A DNA stretch of 64,000 nucleotides, taken from NCBI RefSeq assembly GCF_009914755.1, contig NC_060932.1; one strand, written 5' to 3'. The translations under genes and the position numbers were made by a program. Under the pieces are notes generated by a model. It ran no database searches. It was not told where the DNA came from and saw nothing but the letters and a program-made list of their open reading frames with translations. Shown one piece after another: positions 28,454 through 42,863 of this stretch; position 1 is the stretch's first letter, and the number at the start of each line of letters is the position of its first letter. The DNA is from the human T2T-CHM13v2.0 reference genome, Homo sapiens.

Positions 28454-29696
28454 TAATTCTAATGATATCCATCCAGGTAATGTGATAGAGTCTAGCACTT
28501 AGGTGGTCAATTTACTGAGTGGTGGTTGTGGGATGAATGGATAAATCCAAAGTCTGTTCTTTTTACTGATCAAGTACTTCCCATAAACACTGACTGGGTG
28601 CTCCTTAAGAGCCAACAAAGTGGAAAGTGATTGAGGAAACAATGAGAATAATCCTGGGAGTTGATGCCTGGATTCATCTGGATTACCTTCCTCATAGTCT
28701 AATGTGCAGGATGCTTTGAAAGCCCCACCCAATACTCCTTACTAAGCTTAAATCATGGAGAGAATGATAAATATGTCCTATGTAGACACAAGGAATCTTT
28801 GACTAACACAGAATGAAGATTTTGGAAGATGATAGTAATAGACACCAGGAGAGCAGATAATGGGGTCAATTAAAATAATGGTAACTACTAACATTGATTT
28901 AAAAGGGTGAGGGGACTAGTTATAGCTTAGCAAGGAGGCTGTTTACATAATCAGATACTTGAGAATCTACTCTGGGTCTTGGCAACAGGACTAAGAAGTA
29001 ACAAATACAGCCTCAAGAGATTCTATGAAAGGAATGTACTGGAGTTAGTGGCATTGCCACAGGCAATAGAACTTAAAGGATAGGAATGTGAATGGTAGAG
29101 TTGAACTTCAATGTGATTACCCCATCTCAACCACTTAGTCTTTAAGCTTGTTTCCCATCTGTAAAATGGGAATAATAATGAGGCTAATCTCATAGAGTTA
29201 GAGCGTGAAGAGCATTGTCTGGAATAGGATAAGTTTTTGATAAATTGTATCTGATGTCATTGTCCGTGTCTCTAAGAAAGAGCATGTATCAACAAGGATG
29301 AAACAATATAAACATAATTCGAGAAAACATGGCAAAAAGAAGAATTTGGGAGATGTAGATTTTGTCAGAAGAGGATCTACTTGCCGTTGGGTGTGATGAG
29401 TTTATATTTAGCACTTGTCTGCACTTACTATGTGCTTAGCTTTGGGTCAAGCTCAGAGATACTTAAAGGGAACTAACAGCATGCGATTTGCGGAGTCCTA
29501 TAGGTCTGAGAAGCAATTGTGCATACAGGCTAATGGTTTTGGCTTTGGAGTCAGACTGTATAGTTTTGAAATCCTGTTCTTCCACTTAGTAGCATTTTAT
29601 TTTTCTCTGTAACCCTCAGCTTTCTTTTCTAAAACAAAAGTGAGGGGTGGGGAAACAAATCCCTAGGATTTATGAGAGATTTAAAAGATCAAATGA

Positions 29697-29995
29697 GGCC
29701 GGGCACAGTGGCTCACGCCTGTAATCCCAACACTTTGGGGGGCCAAGGTGGGTGGATCACCTGAGGTAGGTAGTTTGAGACCAGCCTGACCAACACGGAG
29801 AAACCCTGTCTCTAATAAACATACAAAATTAGCCGGGTGTGGTGGTGCATGCCTGTAATCCCAGCTACTCAGGAAGGCTGAGGCAGGAGAATCACTTGAA
29901 CTGGGAGGCGGAGGTTGCAGTGAGCCAAGATGGCGCCATTGCACTCCAGCCTGCCTGCAACAAGAGAGAAACTCCGCCTCAAAAATAAATAAATA
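29697..29995 (+). mobile_element. AluSp-like element inserted in a MIR
   Basis: 'ccagcctgaccaacacggagaaaccc' and 'gcgccattgcactcc' diagnostics; TSD taaaagatcaaatga/taaaagataaaatga. Confidence 0.92.
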
Positions 29996-31044
29996 AAAGA
30001 TAAAATGAGAAAAGTACTTACCATTAATATCTGATATGTACCAAGACATTTGTAGGAGTAATAATAATGATAGTGTGAATATAGGTAACAGTAGTCATTG
30101 TAATAATGTTAACATCTGAATTACTGCCTATGGTCAGGTGACAGGCTCAGAATAATAATGTGCATTTTGCAGATGTTAATACAAAGATCAGAATGGAGCC
30201 ATCGTCAAGGGCAGAGTTTTCCATAGGGAGATGGGTAGAGGGAAAACAACTGGGATCAGAAAGAAGGGGAAAAAGAAAAAGAGGATGGGCTGGCAGAAAG
30301 ACAGGAATAGTTAATGTCTGAGAACTGAGGAAAGGTGATGATTCTAGAACAGGGAGCCAATAACATCTAATATCCAAGAGGTCAAAGAAATTGAGACCTC
30401 AGGCAAGATATGAGTGAGTTTTAAAAGGACAATTTAAAACTTACCATGATAAGGGCAGGAATGACCATAGATGGTTTCAGCAGGAAATGTGTTGATAGGA
30501 AAATTAAATTCATTGATACCTAAAAGTGCCACACAGGTAGGAGGACTATCAGGATGACAGGCAATGTGGCTTCACCCATGCATGAGACCTACTTGGCGTG
30601 ACATCTCTGCTGGGCCACCTGCTCTGTGACCATGGGAGAGTGCTCCCCTTTCTTTCTCTCCCTTGCAGTTGTGTGCCCAGGGGGCTGAGTTATATCCAAT
30701 GGGATGTGAGCTGAGTGATATGCAGCACTTTTAGGCCTGACCCAGAACATTCCATGAACAATTTTCCCTCTCTTTCTCTATTGCCAGCTGAATGGGAGGA
30801 TAGAAACTTTCGTTCTATTAGTCCACTAATTTTTAAAGTCCTTTGTCACAGTGGTCAATTTACCCTGACTGGTGTAGTTAATAACTACTCTGAACCTCTG
30901 CTTCTCAGGCTAACAATAGCTACTTAGCTGATGGTTGTTCTTTCCGTTTTTGCCTGCTAATAGAATCTTAACGGTGATGAGTTAATTGGCATTCTTTTGC
31001 TTTACGAGAGTCTGTGTCCCTCCTCAGCGTTATCCATGGAATGG

Positions 31045-31114
31045 TGTGTGTGTGTGTGTGTGTGCGCGTGCACGTGTGTGTGTGCATGTGTGTGTGTGCA
31101 TGTACGTGCACATG
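31045..31114. repeat. (TG)n compound alternating purine-pyrimidine microsatellite
   Basis: tgtgtg...gcgcgtgcacgtgtg...catgtacgtgcacatgt. Confidence 0.92.
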
Positions 31115-31119
31115 TGGGC

Positions 31120-31532
31120 ATGTACTGGCCAATTTAAGCCAAGGGCAGCAGTTTTCCTCCCTTGCCTGTGAATATCTTAATAATGGACATGGGGTCAGTG
31201 ATACATGGAGGGAAGTTCTCTAGTGGGCTTTTAGCAAATTTTCCTTGTTCTTGTTCTTAAAAAGGGGCTCGAAAACAGATTTTCATTTCCCATTTTAAAT
31301 TTTGCATATTATTATGATGCCTGGAGCTACAGTAGCCACCTTGTTCATTGAGAGGAAACATCTGAAGGCAAAAGCCGACAGGCTGAAGAGGCGAGAATCC
31401 CAAGGTGTGGAGCCAATCCTGAAAGCATCCTACCATCACAAGTGTTTTAAGTGAGATAATAATATTGTCTTTTATTTATACCATTCTCAGTTGGTTCTTG
31501 TGTTCCTTATATCAAAAATACCCTGACCGATA
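31120..31532 (+). mobile_element. MLT1J/K-type MaLR LTR
   Basis: 'gatgcctggagctacagtagccaccttg...gagataataat...ccctgaccgata'. Confidence 0.65.
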
Positions 31533-32572
31533 TTTTGGTTAGAATTACATCAATTAAAACATAAGAATCGAAAGCCATGTGGTAAGTGATCAAGTATGAT
31601 ATCATCAAAATAACCACCACAATCACCGTCAAAGCATGGACCTCCTGTCTCCCAACCTAGTGCCTCAGACCTTATTGCTTCCTGGGTCTCAACAGAAAAA
31701 TAAAGTCTGTGACACAATATTTTCCAAGGGGTGGGAAAACAGCCTAGAAACACAACCAAAGAATTCTTTTTAGAACTTTTAGTTCTTTTGGAAACTGAGG
31801 TTGTGGAGGAGATTTCGTTATTGGTGGCATTGGGATGTATCGTTTAGATAATGAGATATTTGTTGGGTAAAGTGAAACCTTGGGATAACAGGTGCCCTAT
31901 ACAAATAAGGGTACTATTAGCTAGATAATATTTAACGAACACTCCCTCCTTATCACAAGCAATTCAAGACAATAGAATAGAATATTACAGTCGATGGTGG
32001 GGGAAACATAGAATCCTTACATTATTCCTACCAAATGATAAATACGGAAAGATGCAGAGCCCCTTGTCATCCTGCTTCCTGCCTTCATTCAGGTTATTCA
32101 GAAAGATGAGTGCAGCTTGAAGAAAGATAAGGCCAATGTAAGACAATCTGTACTGTGTTCATACTCCTAGAGCCCAATAAAGCAAATCAAATCAAATATA
32201 TGTGATGAAGACCTAGATGAAATGAGAAGCTATTTTCATGCCATTGAATGAGGGTAAGATGATAAAAGATAATAATAGCATTGAGGAGAAGAAAGTGAAG
32301 CAGAAGGAGAAAGAACAGAGATGTTTCTTTGCTGTTTTCCTCTTTATTAATGTCTCTCACATGTCATTTTCTTGTAACATTCGATGCCCAAACAAATCAG
32401 CAAGGTAGCCTCCACTATCCATATTTAACAGATGAGGAAATTGACACTCAATGAAGTTCATTGACTTATCTGAGACCACAGCCAGATCTCTGAGTCCAAA
32501 CAGCATATTGCTTTTTGCTCAACAACTTTGCTTTTCATTTTATTCTCTCTGGGATGAGAATCCTGAGTGACC

Positions 32573-32932
32573 TGCATTAGTCTTTTCTCACACTGCCAAT
32601 AAAGACATACCTGAGACTGGGTGATTTATAATGAAAAAGAGGTTTAATGGACTCACAGTTCCACGTGACTGGGAGGCCTCACAAGCATGCTGGAAGGCAA
32701 AAGGCCCATCTTACATGGCAGCAGGCAAGAGAGAATGAGAACCAAGCAAAAAGGTTTTCCCCTATAAAACCATCAGATCTTGTGAGACTTTTTCACTACC
32801 ACTAAAACAGTATGGGGGAAACTGCCCCTATGATTCAGTTATCTCCCACCAGTTTCCTTCCACAACACGTGGGAATTATGGGAGTTACAATTCAAGATGA
32901 GATGTGGGCGGAGACACAGCCAAACCACATCA
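32573..32932 (-). mobile_element. THE1B MaLR solo LTR
   Basis: 'tgcattagtcttttctcacactgccaataaagacatacctgagactggg...gacacagccaaaccacatca'; TSD tgacc/tggcc. Confidence 0.92.
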
Positions 32933-34199
32933 TGGCCTGATCTTCGGACTCAGAAATGACAGTCATCTTACCCTCCGAGGAGCTGGCTGCAACTCAGGAA
33001 GGTGCATCCATGAAGAGGCATGTTGGGTGAAGTAAGAAAACACCTTGCTTGGAAGGGAAGATCCCTGACTCAGGATTCTGATTTAACACTGTCTACACTT
33101 TGTAATCTGAGTGAAGTGACTAAACCTCTCTCAGCTTGTGTTTCTTTGAGTTTAAAAAGCAAAGAGCCTTCGTGACATTGTGTTTCTGATTATTTATTGT
33201 TTCTTCTGTTTTACCTCAGAAGACTGGTTGACCCTTGTTTAAAAACAAAACAAAAAGAAACTAACATAGGAAAGGGGCCTCCTGGCCCCTTGCTATTTAT
33301 GCTTGTCCAATATAAGTGTTTTCCTAAAGTGCGTAAAGTACTTGTGAATGCCATTTTTTAGATATATGCTGTCAGTTCTAATTGCACAGAGCAGAACATT
33401 TTAGCCATGAGAGCTTCTCTGTGTCACAAACCTAGCATCCTGTAAAAGCAGGCCTACAAATGCTTTCACAAATCAACTCATTTCAGAATCAGGTCATTGG
33501 ATGGTTGGATATATGGTTGGAACCACTTGGTTCCAAACTCTCCTGGCTCTATTCTTTTTTTGTGTGTGTGGAAAACAGATCTGCCAGGATTCTTCTGTAT
33601 GCCTCAGACTAGAAACCCATCTAGACATCACACACATCTCTTAAGCTGATTTTAATTTCATTCTGTTGTGTGGTCCCAGCTTGCTGGATAGAAGTTCTTC
33701 CAGAACTATGTAGCCCAACACACTCTAGGTTAATGCAGAGCCTCCTCCCCACCCCGCTCCTGAAATGGTGCTTCTCCTGGGCTCTGGGCAGTAGCCATCC
33801 ATTCACATGACAACCCACTTTTGTTTTGCAGGCACATAGGTTTTTCATTTATTCTGTAGAACAATCATGCATGTCAGACAAGGATTGACAGCTCCATTTT
33901 ATGGGTAGAGAAACTGACTCAGAGAGCTTAGATAACCTGCCAAAGCTGATGGTGATACTCAGAGGTTAACCTAATCAGAAAGTAATTAACCTCCTTCTAC
34001 TCTAATACATCTCTACAAATAATCCCAATTCACTTTCATCCTTGATGAAAATCTGATTTCTATGAAGCTTTGACTAAAACTTCTTTAACTTTACTTCATT
34101 TCATGATCCATTCCATTTATATGCCTCGGTTTCCTCATCTAATAAAAAAGCAAAAAGTAATTAGGCTGAGTTACCTATGCTTGGTCTGTTGAAGTAGTT

Positions 34200-34950
34200 T
34201 GAATTTTTCTGAATCAGGATGAATGCAAATTGCCTCATTATTTCACTAATTAATAATGTCTGCTTGGAAATGCAACTATCAGTGCACAATAAATGATAAA
34301 GCTTATAATTATAGATGAGAGCAATTGCTTCTTTTTTTGTTCTTACCTTCATTTCAGTTTATCTTCCTGAGCTATAGCTACCTCTGTAAGGGTTAGGAAA
34401 ACATTTAAAATATCTAAACAGTGATTCCTTTCTCAAGCGTTCGGAAATTGATGAATCATCTTACTCTGCAGCATTCAAAGTAACTGTGTGCTTGACACAT
34501 AGGAGGAAAAGTGGGCTCTTTGAAATGTGAGCAGAGCACCGATCGTGTCACCTGCCCGGCGCGTGACCTGTTCACTTTCCACCTGACCCTCTGTGCCCAA
34601 TGTCACCTGGAGCCTGAAACCTGGAAGGGAAAAGTCCTTGACTGGAGTCAGTGGAGAGAAAATCATCACCTGCTTGGGCACAAACATGCCTGGTGACTGC
34701 GTCACTGTTTGTTAAGTGGGATCAGCTAATAGTTGCACAGCGGGCCTTCAAAGCATCACGGCAGAACTGATGAAGTTCCTGTAATGCATTCCCTGTGTGA
34801 AGGCCTTGGACTTTAGAGCTCAAGTGCGCCAGGAGCATTTTGAGCTTGCCGACAGGCTCTCCCATGGATTCTATTTGGTTATACGGCAGTGGAAAAGAAT
34901 TGACTTTCATTTTCGTCACTCTCTGCCTGAGTCTCTCGACTGCAGCCACA
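34200..34950. promoter_or_regulatory. Candidate enhancer / lncRNA promoter
   Basis: Repeat-free, locally GC/CpG-raised island with an octamer, 3 TCF/LEF sites, 4 CACCTG E-boxes, and AP-1/CRE-like, forkhead, TEAD and p53-family half sites. Confidence 0.6.
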
Positions 34951-35049
34951 CTTCTGTTTCCCGTATATTGCATAGGCTATTCCCTCTACCTGGGACACCC
35001 TCCCCTCTGGATTGCAGCAAGATTTGCTTCTATGTTTCACTCAGTTATC

Positions 35050-35330
35050 TACTTACAAATCACCTCCTTAGGGACCTTGCAGGCTGCTCTCTTTCTCCTT
35101 ACCTGGCTTCATTTTCCTTCACAGCACCTGATACTATTACACATATTTACTTAGTTAGTAGTCCATGCTTTTTCTTCCCCACTGGACCATAAGTTCTCTG
35201 AAGGCAAGAGCCACATTTGTGTTTTTCCACTGATCTGTCCTCAGTGTCTACAATAGTACTCAACCCACAATATAACCTTGAGAAACATTTCTTAAAGAAG
35301 TGAATAAATGAACGAGTGAAGGAGTGATTT
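35050..35330 (+). mobile_element. L2 LINE 3' end
   Basis: 'cccactggaccataagttctctgaaggcaagagcca...gtgaataaatgaacgagtgaa'. Confidence 0.7.
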
Positions 35331-36229
35331 TTTTCTCATTTTACAAATGAAACAAGTCAAAAACAAAGAGGGGAAGTAAGCTAGTCCAGCTCTACAGCCA
35401 TTTAGTGGCACAGTTAGTATTAACATTTTGATTTCCTAACTCACAATCTAGGATTTTATTTTCGTTTTATTCCATACAACACTGTTCTCCAGAAATTTGG
35501 CAACTCAGACGGCACTTGACTTTTCACAAACACATTTCTTGCTGTCTTTAACCTGTTCATGTCAATGAGAATGACTATAACCTCATGAGAGACAAGTGTT
35601 TACTAGTTAAGTTCTTACTGAAGTGATTGGTCTTAGAACTCCCTTTCAAGGGCAAAGACGATTGAAAATTAGTTATACAATTACATTTTTAAAACATTTT
35701 TGAGTATAATGATTTTAAGCATTTGTTGTATAAAGGTGGATATGCATAAAGAACAGGTAAAAATAATAATCATTATAATCATATATAGAAGTCGTCTTGG
35801 TACATTTTAAACATATTTAACAATTGGAATCCTGCTGTATGCCGAGTTTTCTATCTCTGTTTATACACATTATATTTTAAACATTTTTCTAATGTCACTA
35901 AAACTAACATTGTTTTAGGGATAGTATTTCAATATATAAGTGTGTCACAATTTCACAGTTTTAGTTGATCATTTTCCTCTTATTTATCATTAAGATTGTT
36001 TCCACTTTTTATTTATTGGGTTTCTAGGTTTTAGTCCTTCATATTTCTGGGTTCAGTTATTCTATAAACATTTTCAAAACTATGCAGAAAATAAATTGTC
36101 CAAGTTTGTACTTAAAGTGCTACAAATAATCTAAAAAAAAAATCAGGGTTTCAAGCTCAAAGCTTCTCTTCAAATCAATAACTGTTGAAGATTTCACTTA
36201 TTTGCATTTTTAGTCTTTGAGGTTTAGAG

Positions 36230-36560
36230 TGGAGGGTGGGGATCCGGGGGCAGTGGGACAGGAAACATTGACCAATTTGAGAACAAATAGAGGCTTGGAA
36301 AATTTGTTTACATTCTGTTCTATGTGTGATTCTGGCCTTTGTAACAAGGAGGATAAAAAGCCAGAACTCACTTTGGTGGCGCCTGCAGACCTCTGCACTG
36401 TAATGACACGAGTGCAAGCTGCACTGGGTGCAAGTCAGCATGACTCAGCCACCCTCCCCACGGGGTGAGAGGAAGCAGTGGTGGAAGGCCAGCACTTGTT
36501 CCTACCTCCGCATGTACAGTGGTGAAGAGAAGGCTCACAAAGGGTTTCTCAATCTGAGAA
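36230..36560. promoter_or_regulatory. Candidate secondary enhancer module
   Basis: Unique GC-raised sequence with TGTTTAC (36305), TGACTCAGC (36441) and GAGGAAG motifs. Confidence 0.35.
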
Positions 36561-37594
36561 GGAACCCTGTATTCAGAGTGCAGCTTAACCCAATGGGATA
36601 TTCCAGCTATAATTCTAATAAGGGTGATGGTCCCACTACATACCTAGCATATTTATGAATCTCAAATTGATGCCACCTCTTGTACCTTGCACAAGTAATA
36701 ATCACTGCCATTGATCTGGCACCTCCTACGTGACAGCTTACTAACCTAGGCACTTTCAGCTGGTCAACTAATTTAATTCTCAAAACAAGTTTGCCAGGCA
36801 AGTATTATTGGCTGCATTTTCCAGATAAAGACATTGAAGTTTCTAATGAACTTCAGGTAAAGTTTATTCCAGATAAACTTCACTGAGGTTCATGCTGTCC
36901 AAAGTCACACAGCGCTGGGATTTAATACTGGTCTATTTGTCTTCAAAGCCTATGCATTACTGCACACCTATGAGGTTCTGCAGAGAAAAGGTTCCTCCTT
37001 CTGCTCAGTACCTGCAATTCTAGGGACAGTTGTCATGGAAAAAACTGTATTAGAATAATCTATTGATCAATAATCTCATTGACTAGCTATTTAATGAGCA
37101 CTTACTTTGTGCCAGGCTCTCTACTAGTTTCCACTGACAGAGTTGAATAGAACACATTTCTGATCATAAAACGGGAGGAGGGCGAGATTCGAAGGGCAGG
37201 ATTGTGAGATACATAAGCCTCCACTCTCAGGACATAGAATACTCTATTCACCACAGGGATTAGCTCGTCACAGAAACTCAATAATATTTGTGGAAGAAGA
37301 CAAAGATCAAAGGATGGGTGATAAATTATAAGGCACTTAAAACTTAGTCTAAATACTTGGAATCTATTCTCAGGTTTATTCTGTATTCACTGTGCAACTT
37401 TTGGAAGTTTTGTGTAGCCCCCTAAGCCTGCCTCCTTACTTTTAAAAGTGGAGATAAACATCTTTGTCTGATTTCACTCATTGGATCACTGTGGATCCAG
37501 GGGATCAGGGGATCAACTATGGGTATCAGAGCTACTAAAAAGGTAAACATCAGTTTCCAAGTATCAGGAACTATAATATTTGTTGGCCAAATCA

Positions 37595-37840
37595 ACCAAT
37601 CAATATTTATTGCATACCACATGCCAAGTATAGGACTAAGGACTTCACAAACGCTCTACATTTGTGCCTTCAACAACAACACTTGATTAATGAATGTCTC
37701 CATTTTATAGATGAGAAAACTGAGGTTCACACTGTTTAGATAGCATGCTGGAGATGACACAGCTGGTGAGGGGAGAAGCAGGAATCAGATTCTCATTGCC
37801 TGATGCTGATGTCCCAGCTCTTATAACTGTGCTTTCACCC
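37595..37840 (-). mobile_element. MIR SINE
   Basis: 'ctccattttatagatgagaaaactgaggttc...cacagctggtgaggggagaagcagga'. Confidence 0.75.
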
Positions 37841-37932
37841 CAGCAGCTGCATGTGACAGTCATCCTACTAGAAATATTTCTGCAGGAATTATATGCCTGT
37901 TCTTAATTTTCCCCTACTAACTTAGAATCAGT

Positions 37933-38622
37933 CACGGGATTCCTCAAAAGTTAAAAATAGAGCCACCATATGATCCAGCAACCCCACTACTGGGTGTACA
38001 TTACAAAGGAAATGAAATCGGTATGTCCAAAGAGATGCCTGCACGTTCACGTTCACTGTAGCATTACAGTAGCCAAGATGTGAAATCAACCTAAGTGTCC
38101 ATCAACGAATGAATAAATTTTAAAAATTGTGGTATATATACAAAATGGAATACTCTTCAGCCATAAACAAGAAGGAAATCCTGCTATTTGCAGCAACATG
38201 GATGGAACTGGAGGACATTTTGTTAAGTGAAATAAGCCAAGCATAGAAAGACAAACATTGCATAACGTCAGTTATATGTAGAATCTAAAGAAGTTAAATT
38301 CGTAGAAGTTGCATAGAATGGTGGTTACTGGGGACTGGGGAAGTGTGGGTGGGGGAAAGTTAGAAAGATGTTGGTCAAAGGACACAAATTTTCAGTTAGG
38401 AGGTATACATTCAAAAGGCCATTGTACAATATGATGACTATTGTTAGTAACAACATATGTATCTTTAAAAAATACGAACAGAGTAGAGTTTAAGCATTCT
38501 CACCACTAAAAATAAAAACTAAGTAATGTCAATTAGCTCAACTTACTTATTCCAAAATGTAGATATATTTAAAATATTATGCTGTGCATAATAAATATAT
38601 ACAATTTTGTCATTTAAACAAA
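37933..38622 (+). mobile_element. L1MA (MA8/9-like) 3' end, 5'-truncated
   Basis: 'ccatatgatccagcaaccccactactggg', 'aacctaagtgtccatcaacgaatgaat', 'gcagcaacatggatggaactggagg'. Confidence 0.85.
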
Positions 38623-38651
38623 AAGTAATAATTTTTATTTTCCTAAAATAA

Positions 38652-39041
<390 letters not shown>

Positions 39042-39253
39042 TTACCCTTAGGTCTTCAGCTTCTGACTCCTTTTATTTCTGAATCCAAGACCATCTTGTT
39101 CCAACACTGTCCATACCCCTTCATATGTGCTGGGGGGTGAGAGGAGAAGGGTCCATGCCTACCAAGTATGAAATGAAAATAAGACCCTCCACCCAGACCC
39201 TCAGATGCTCTGAGCAAATCCTGAGATTTGCTATAGAAGCAGCTTCCTGTTGA

Positions 39254-39598
<345 letters not shown>

Positions 39599-39899
39599 AG
39601 CCTTTCATCTTTGACCTTTGAAATTCCCTCTTGACTGATTCCACTACTCCCGTGTCCGTGTTACAGCTCTTCCTTTATGGTGCTACCTGAGTGGCCTTTG
39701 TTGAATACAACTGAGCTTTGTCTTCCCTGCGGCCTCTTTAGTACAAGAGAGAGGCATGGTGTTCACTAATTTCATCTCCATCTCCAGCTCTCAAACCCAC
39801 CCTTGCCCCCAGCAAATCCTTACATGCCCTATTCATAGAAGGCTTTTGAAGCCTGTTGCTGGTCTTTGAATTCTCCATGGTCTTTTGTGGATCTCTTTG

Positions 39900-40240
39900 T
39901 GCTTCTTGATATCTAGACCTGGACTCAATTTCTGTTTTCCATTTTGCTTGGTAAACTGCTAGTCCTTCAAGAGCAAGCTCAGATATTGTTGTGTTTGGGT
40001 CATTCCAGGGAGCACCACCTCGCTTCCTCCTCTGTGCTGTTGTGGTTGTTGGAATCTAAGTCAGTTGTGACACATCTTATTTTTCTGTCACCATTTGTAT
40101 TTGTGCTTATTTCTTCTGCTGGGTCATGTACTCTGTAAGAACAGAGATGGTGTCACACTCATGTTTACATGCTGTACCTAGCATGGTGCCTGGTACATAG
40201 TAGGTACTCCGTAAATGCCTGCCAACTTGAATTGAATCAA
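39900..40240 (+). mobile_element. L2 LINE 3' end
   Basis: 'cctagcatggtgcctggtacatagtaggtactccgtaaatg...tgaattgaat'. Confidence 0.75.
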
Positions 40241-41467
40241 GAGCCACAGAGATAAAGAGTAGCTGGCAATGACTGTGTAAAACCTAAGAAAGATTCTGAA
40301 TTGTCTCCAGCAATTATTAAAGAGTAAAAAGTGATTTTAAAAAAGATCTTATGTTGGGTTTTAAAAGATAAATTTGGAAGGTATTAGAACACTCAAAGCA
40401 ATGACCACTTTTTGTGCAAGTGAAAAATTTTTAGTTTTAGTCTTTCCCAGGACTTTGTGAGAAACCAGATTCTAATTATGTATTTAATCAACCTCTATTC
40501 CCAATGGTTTCTTATGATGACTTTCTGTTTAAAGGGTTTACAACACTGGATTGTCCAGAAGCCATAACTGAAGCTGGCTTAGTTAAATTGATTTCCTGAT
40601 TCCCTAGGTTTACCATTAGAATTGTATTTCTTCATCAGGCTTCCTTCTCTCACCTCTTCAGCTCTGCCACCTCCAGGCCTTACCATCTTCTTGGTTTCTG
40701 GTGATGCCATCTACAAGAGAGGAAAGGGAAAGTGAAGAGGGAATGGGAAAGGAAGGAAAAGAGGAAGAGTTGTGATACTTCGGAATTACTTTTTGAAAAT
40801 CACAACAAACCCATTTCTATTGTTGGTATCAGTTGTATTTCAATTGCCTTGGTACTTACTGCTGAATTGCCTTTGAAAAGACTTTTTAGCAATCTACACT
40901 TTGAAGATTAATAAGAATGGCTATGTGACTACACTCTTGCCAACACTAGATAGTCCCATTTTATTTAAAAAAACTAAAAATTGTATTTAAAGTCGTATTT
41001 ATTTGATTACTCAGGTTATTTTGCCATATATTTCTTAACCAATTGTTTTTCCAATTTTATGAATGTCCATTCAAAGAATTAGATAGGTTTTTAGTACTAT
41101 ATTTAGACCATTGTCTTTGGGGATTTAAAACTACAGAATTTCTCAAAATGTACCAGAGTTTCACTGTAATACAATTGAGTAAAATTATTACTTTCAGCTT
41201 TAAAATAGAGTGAGTTTCTTTAATAAATATTTGCCCTTTCAGAATAGAAATAGTCATTTTTCTCATATGTTAGGTACATAAACATAATGAAACATGGTTC
41301 CTCAACTCCAGGAGCTCACAATTTCATAGGAAGAAACATCAGAAAAATCAATTACAGCATATTATGATAGGTGCTTGGATAGAGTGAACACATTGTGCTG
41401 TGGAGCCTAGAGAAAGTTCATCTTAGTAAAATATGTAGCAATAAGAAAGGATAAGGCTCAAAATAAG

Positions 41468-41839
41468 TGCTATAGCCTGAAGGTTTGGGTCCCCACCAAA
41501 ATGCATATGTCGAAAGTTAATCCCCAGCATAAGAGTTTTGGGATGTGGGACTTTTGGGAAGTGATTAGTTAGTGTGGGACTTTAGGGAAATACCCTCATA
41601 AAAGAGATTAATGCTCTGGAAAGGAGACCCCCAAGAGATCCCTCACCCCTTCCACCATGTGAAGGAACAGGAAAACGATGGCCATCTATGAAAGAGGAAA
41701 TGGGGCCCTCACCAGACAGTGAATCTGCTGGCACCTTGATCTTGGACCTCCCAGCCTCCGGAACTATAAGAATAAATTTCTGTTTATAAGCTACCCAATC
41801 TGTAATATTTTGTTACAGCAGCCGAAATAGACTAAGATA
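41468..41839 (+). mobile_element. MLT1A-type MaLR solo LTR
   Basis: 'tgctatagcctgaaggtttgggtcccc...gaatctgctggcaccttgatcttggac...gactaagata'; TSD ataag/ataaa. Confidence 0.88.
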
Positions 41840-42336
41840 ATAAAGCAGTACTATGGTAATTTGGAGTGAAGGGAGAAAGCAAGAAAATTGTGAGGTAGGA
41901 TTTAGGACTTGGGAGTGAAGATTGAACATGTGTGTTGACTTCCAGTTATAGGAACTCTTCTTTCTCCCTAATTTATCTTGTCTATTTCTTCCCAGTGGAT
42001 GTGGCAGGTAAGAATTGTTGTTGGGACTTCATTCCTTTCTGTTCTCATCTCTGTTGAAATAGGAGATTTGAGGGTCATAGAAACACATGAAAGACAATCC
42101 ATAAGATGTGATTGTTATTAGCAAAATATTTTTAAAAAGAGTTTGAGTGTCAGTCAGGAGGACCAGAGACAAATTGAAATTTCTGTCTTGGGCCTTGGAT
42201 TTAAGAAGCCTCAAAATGAAATGGGAGTAAGTGAAAAGGGCATTCTGAGTGAATCTGGACTCTTAAGGAGAAAAGTAAAGGAAGGTAGAACTGGGGAAAT
42301 CCATTGAAAGATGACAGCACTGAGTAAGGGAAATGA

Positions 42337-42658
<322 letters not shown>

Positions 42659-42863
42659 ATGTCTTTCTGTATGTCCCTCCAGCTATTCTTTTGACTAGAT
42701 TACACACATACTTAAACAAAAAATTAATTAATTTCAATTGCAATGATTGCTACAAAGTAGAAATGTAAGGTGACTTGAACTTCCTAATCTAATCATGGAA
42801 ATCAAGGAAGGCTTCCCAGGAGAAGTGAAACCTGAAAGACAGATAACTATGAGTTATATACAG

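Noticed and set aside
33517-33536. Palindrome ttggaacca-ct-tggttccaa
   Set aside because: A 9-bp stem is within chance expectation for 64 kb and too short for a pre-miRNA.
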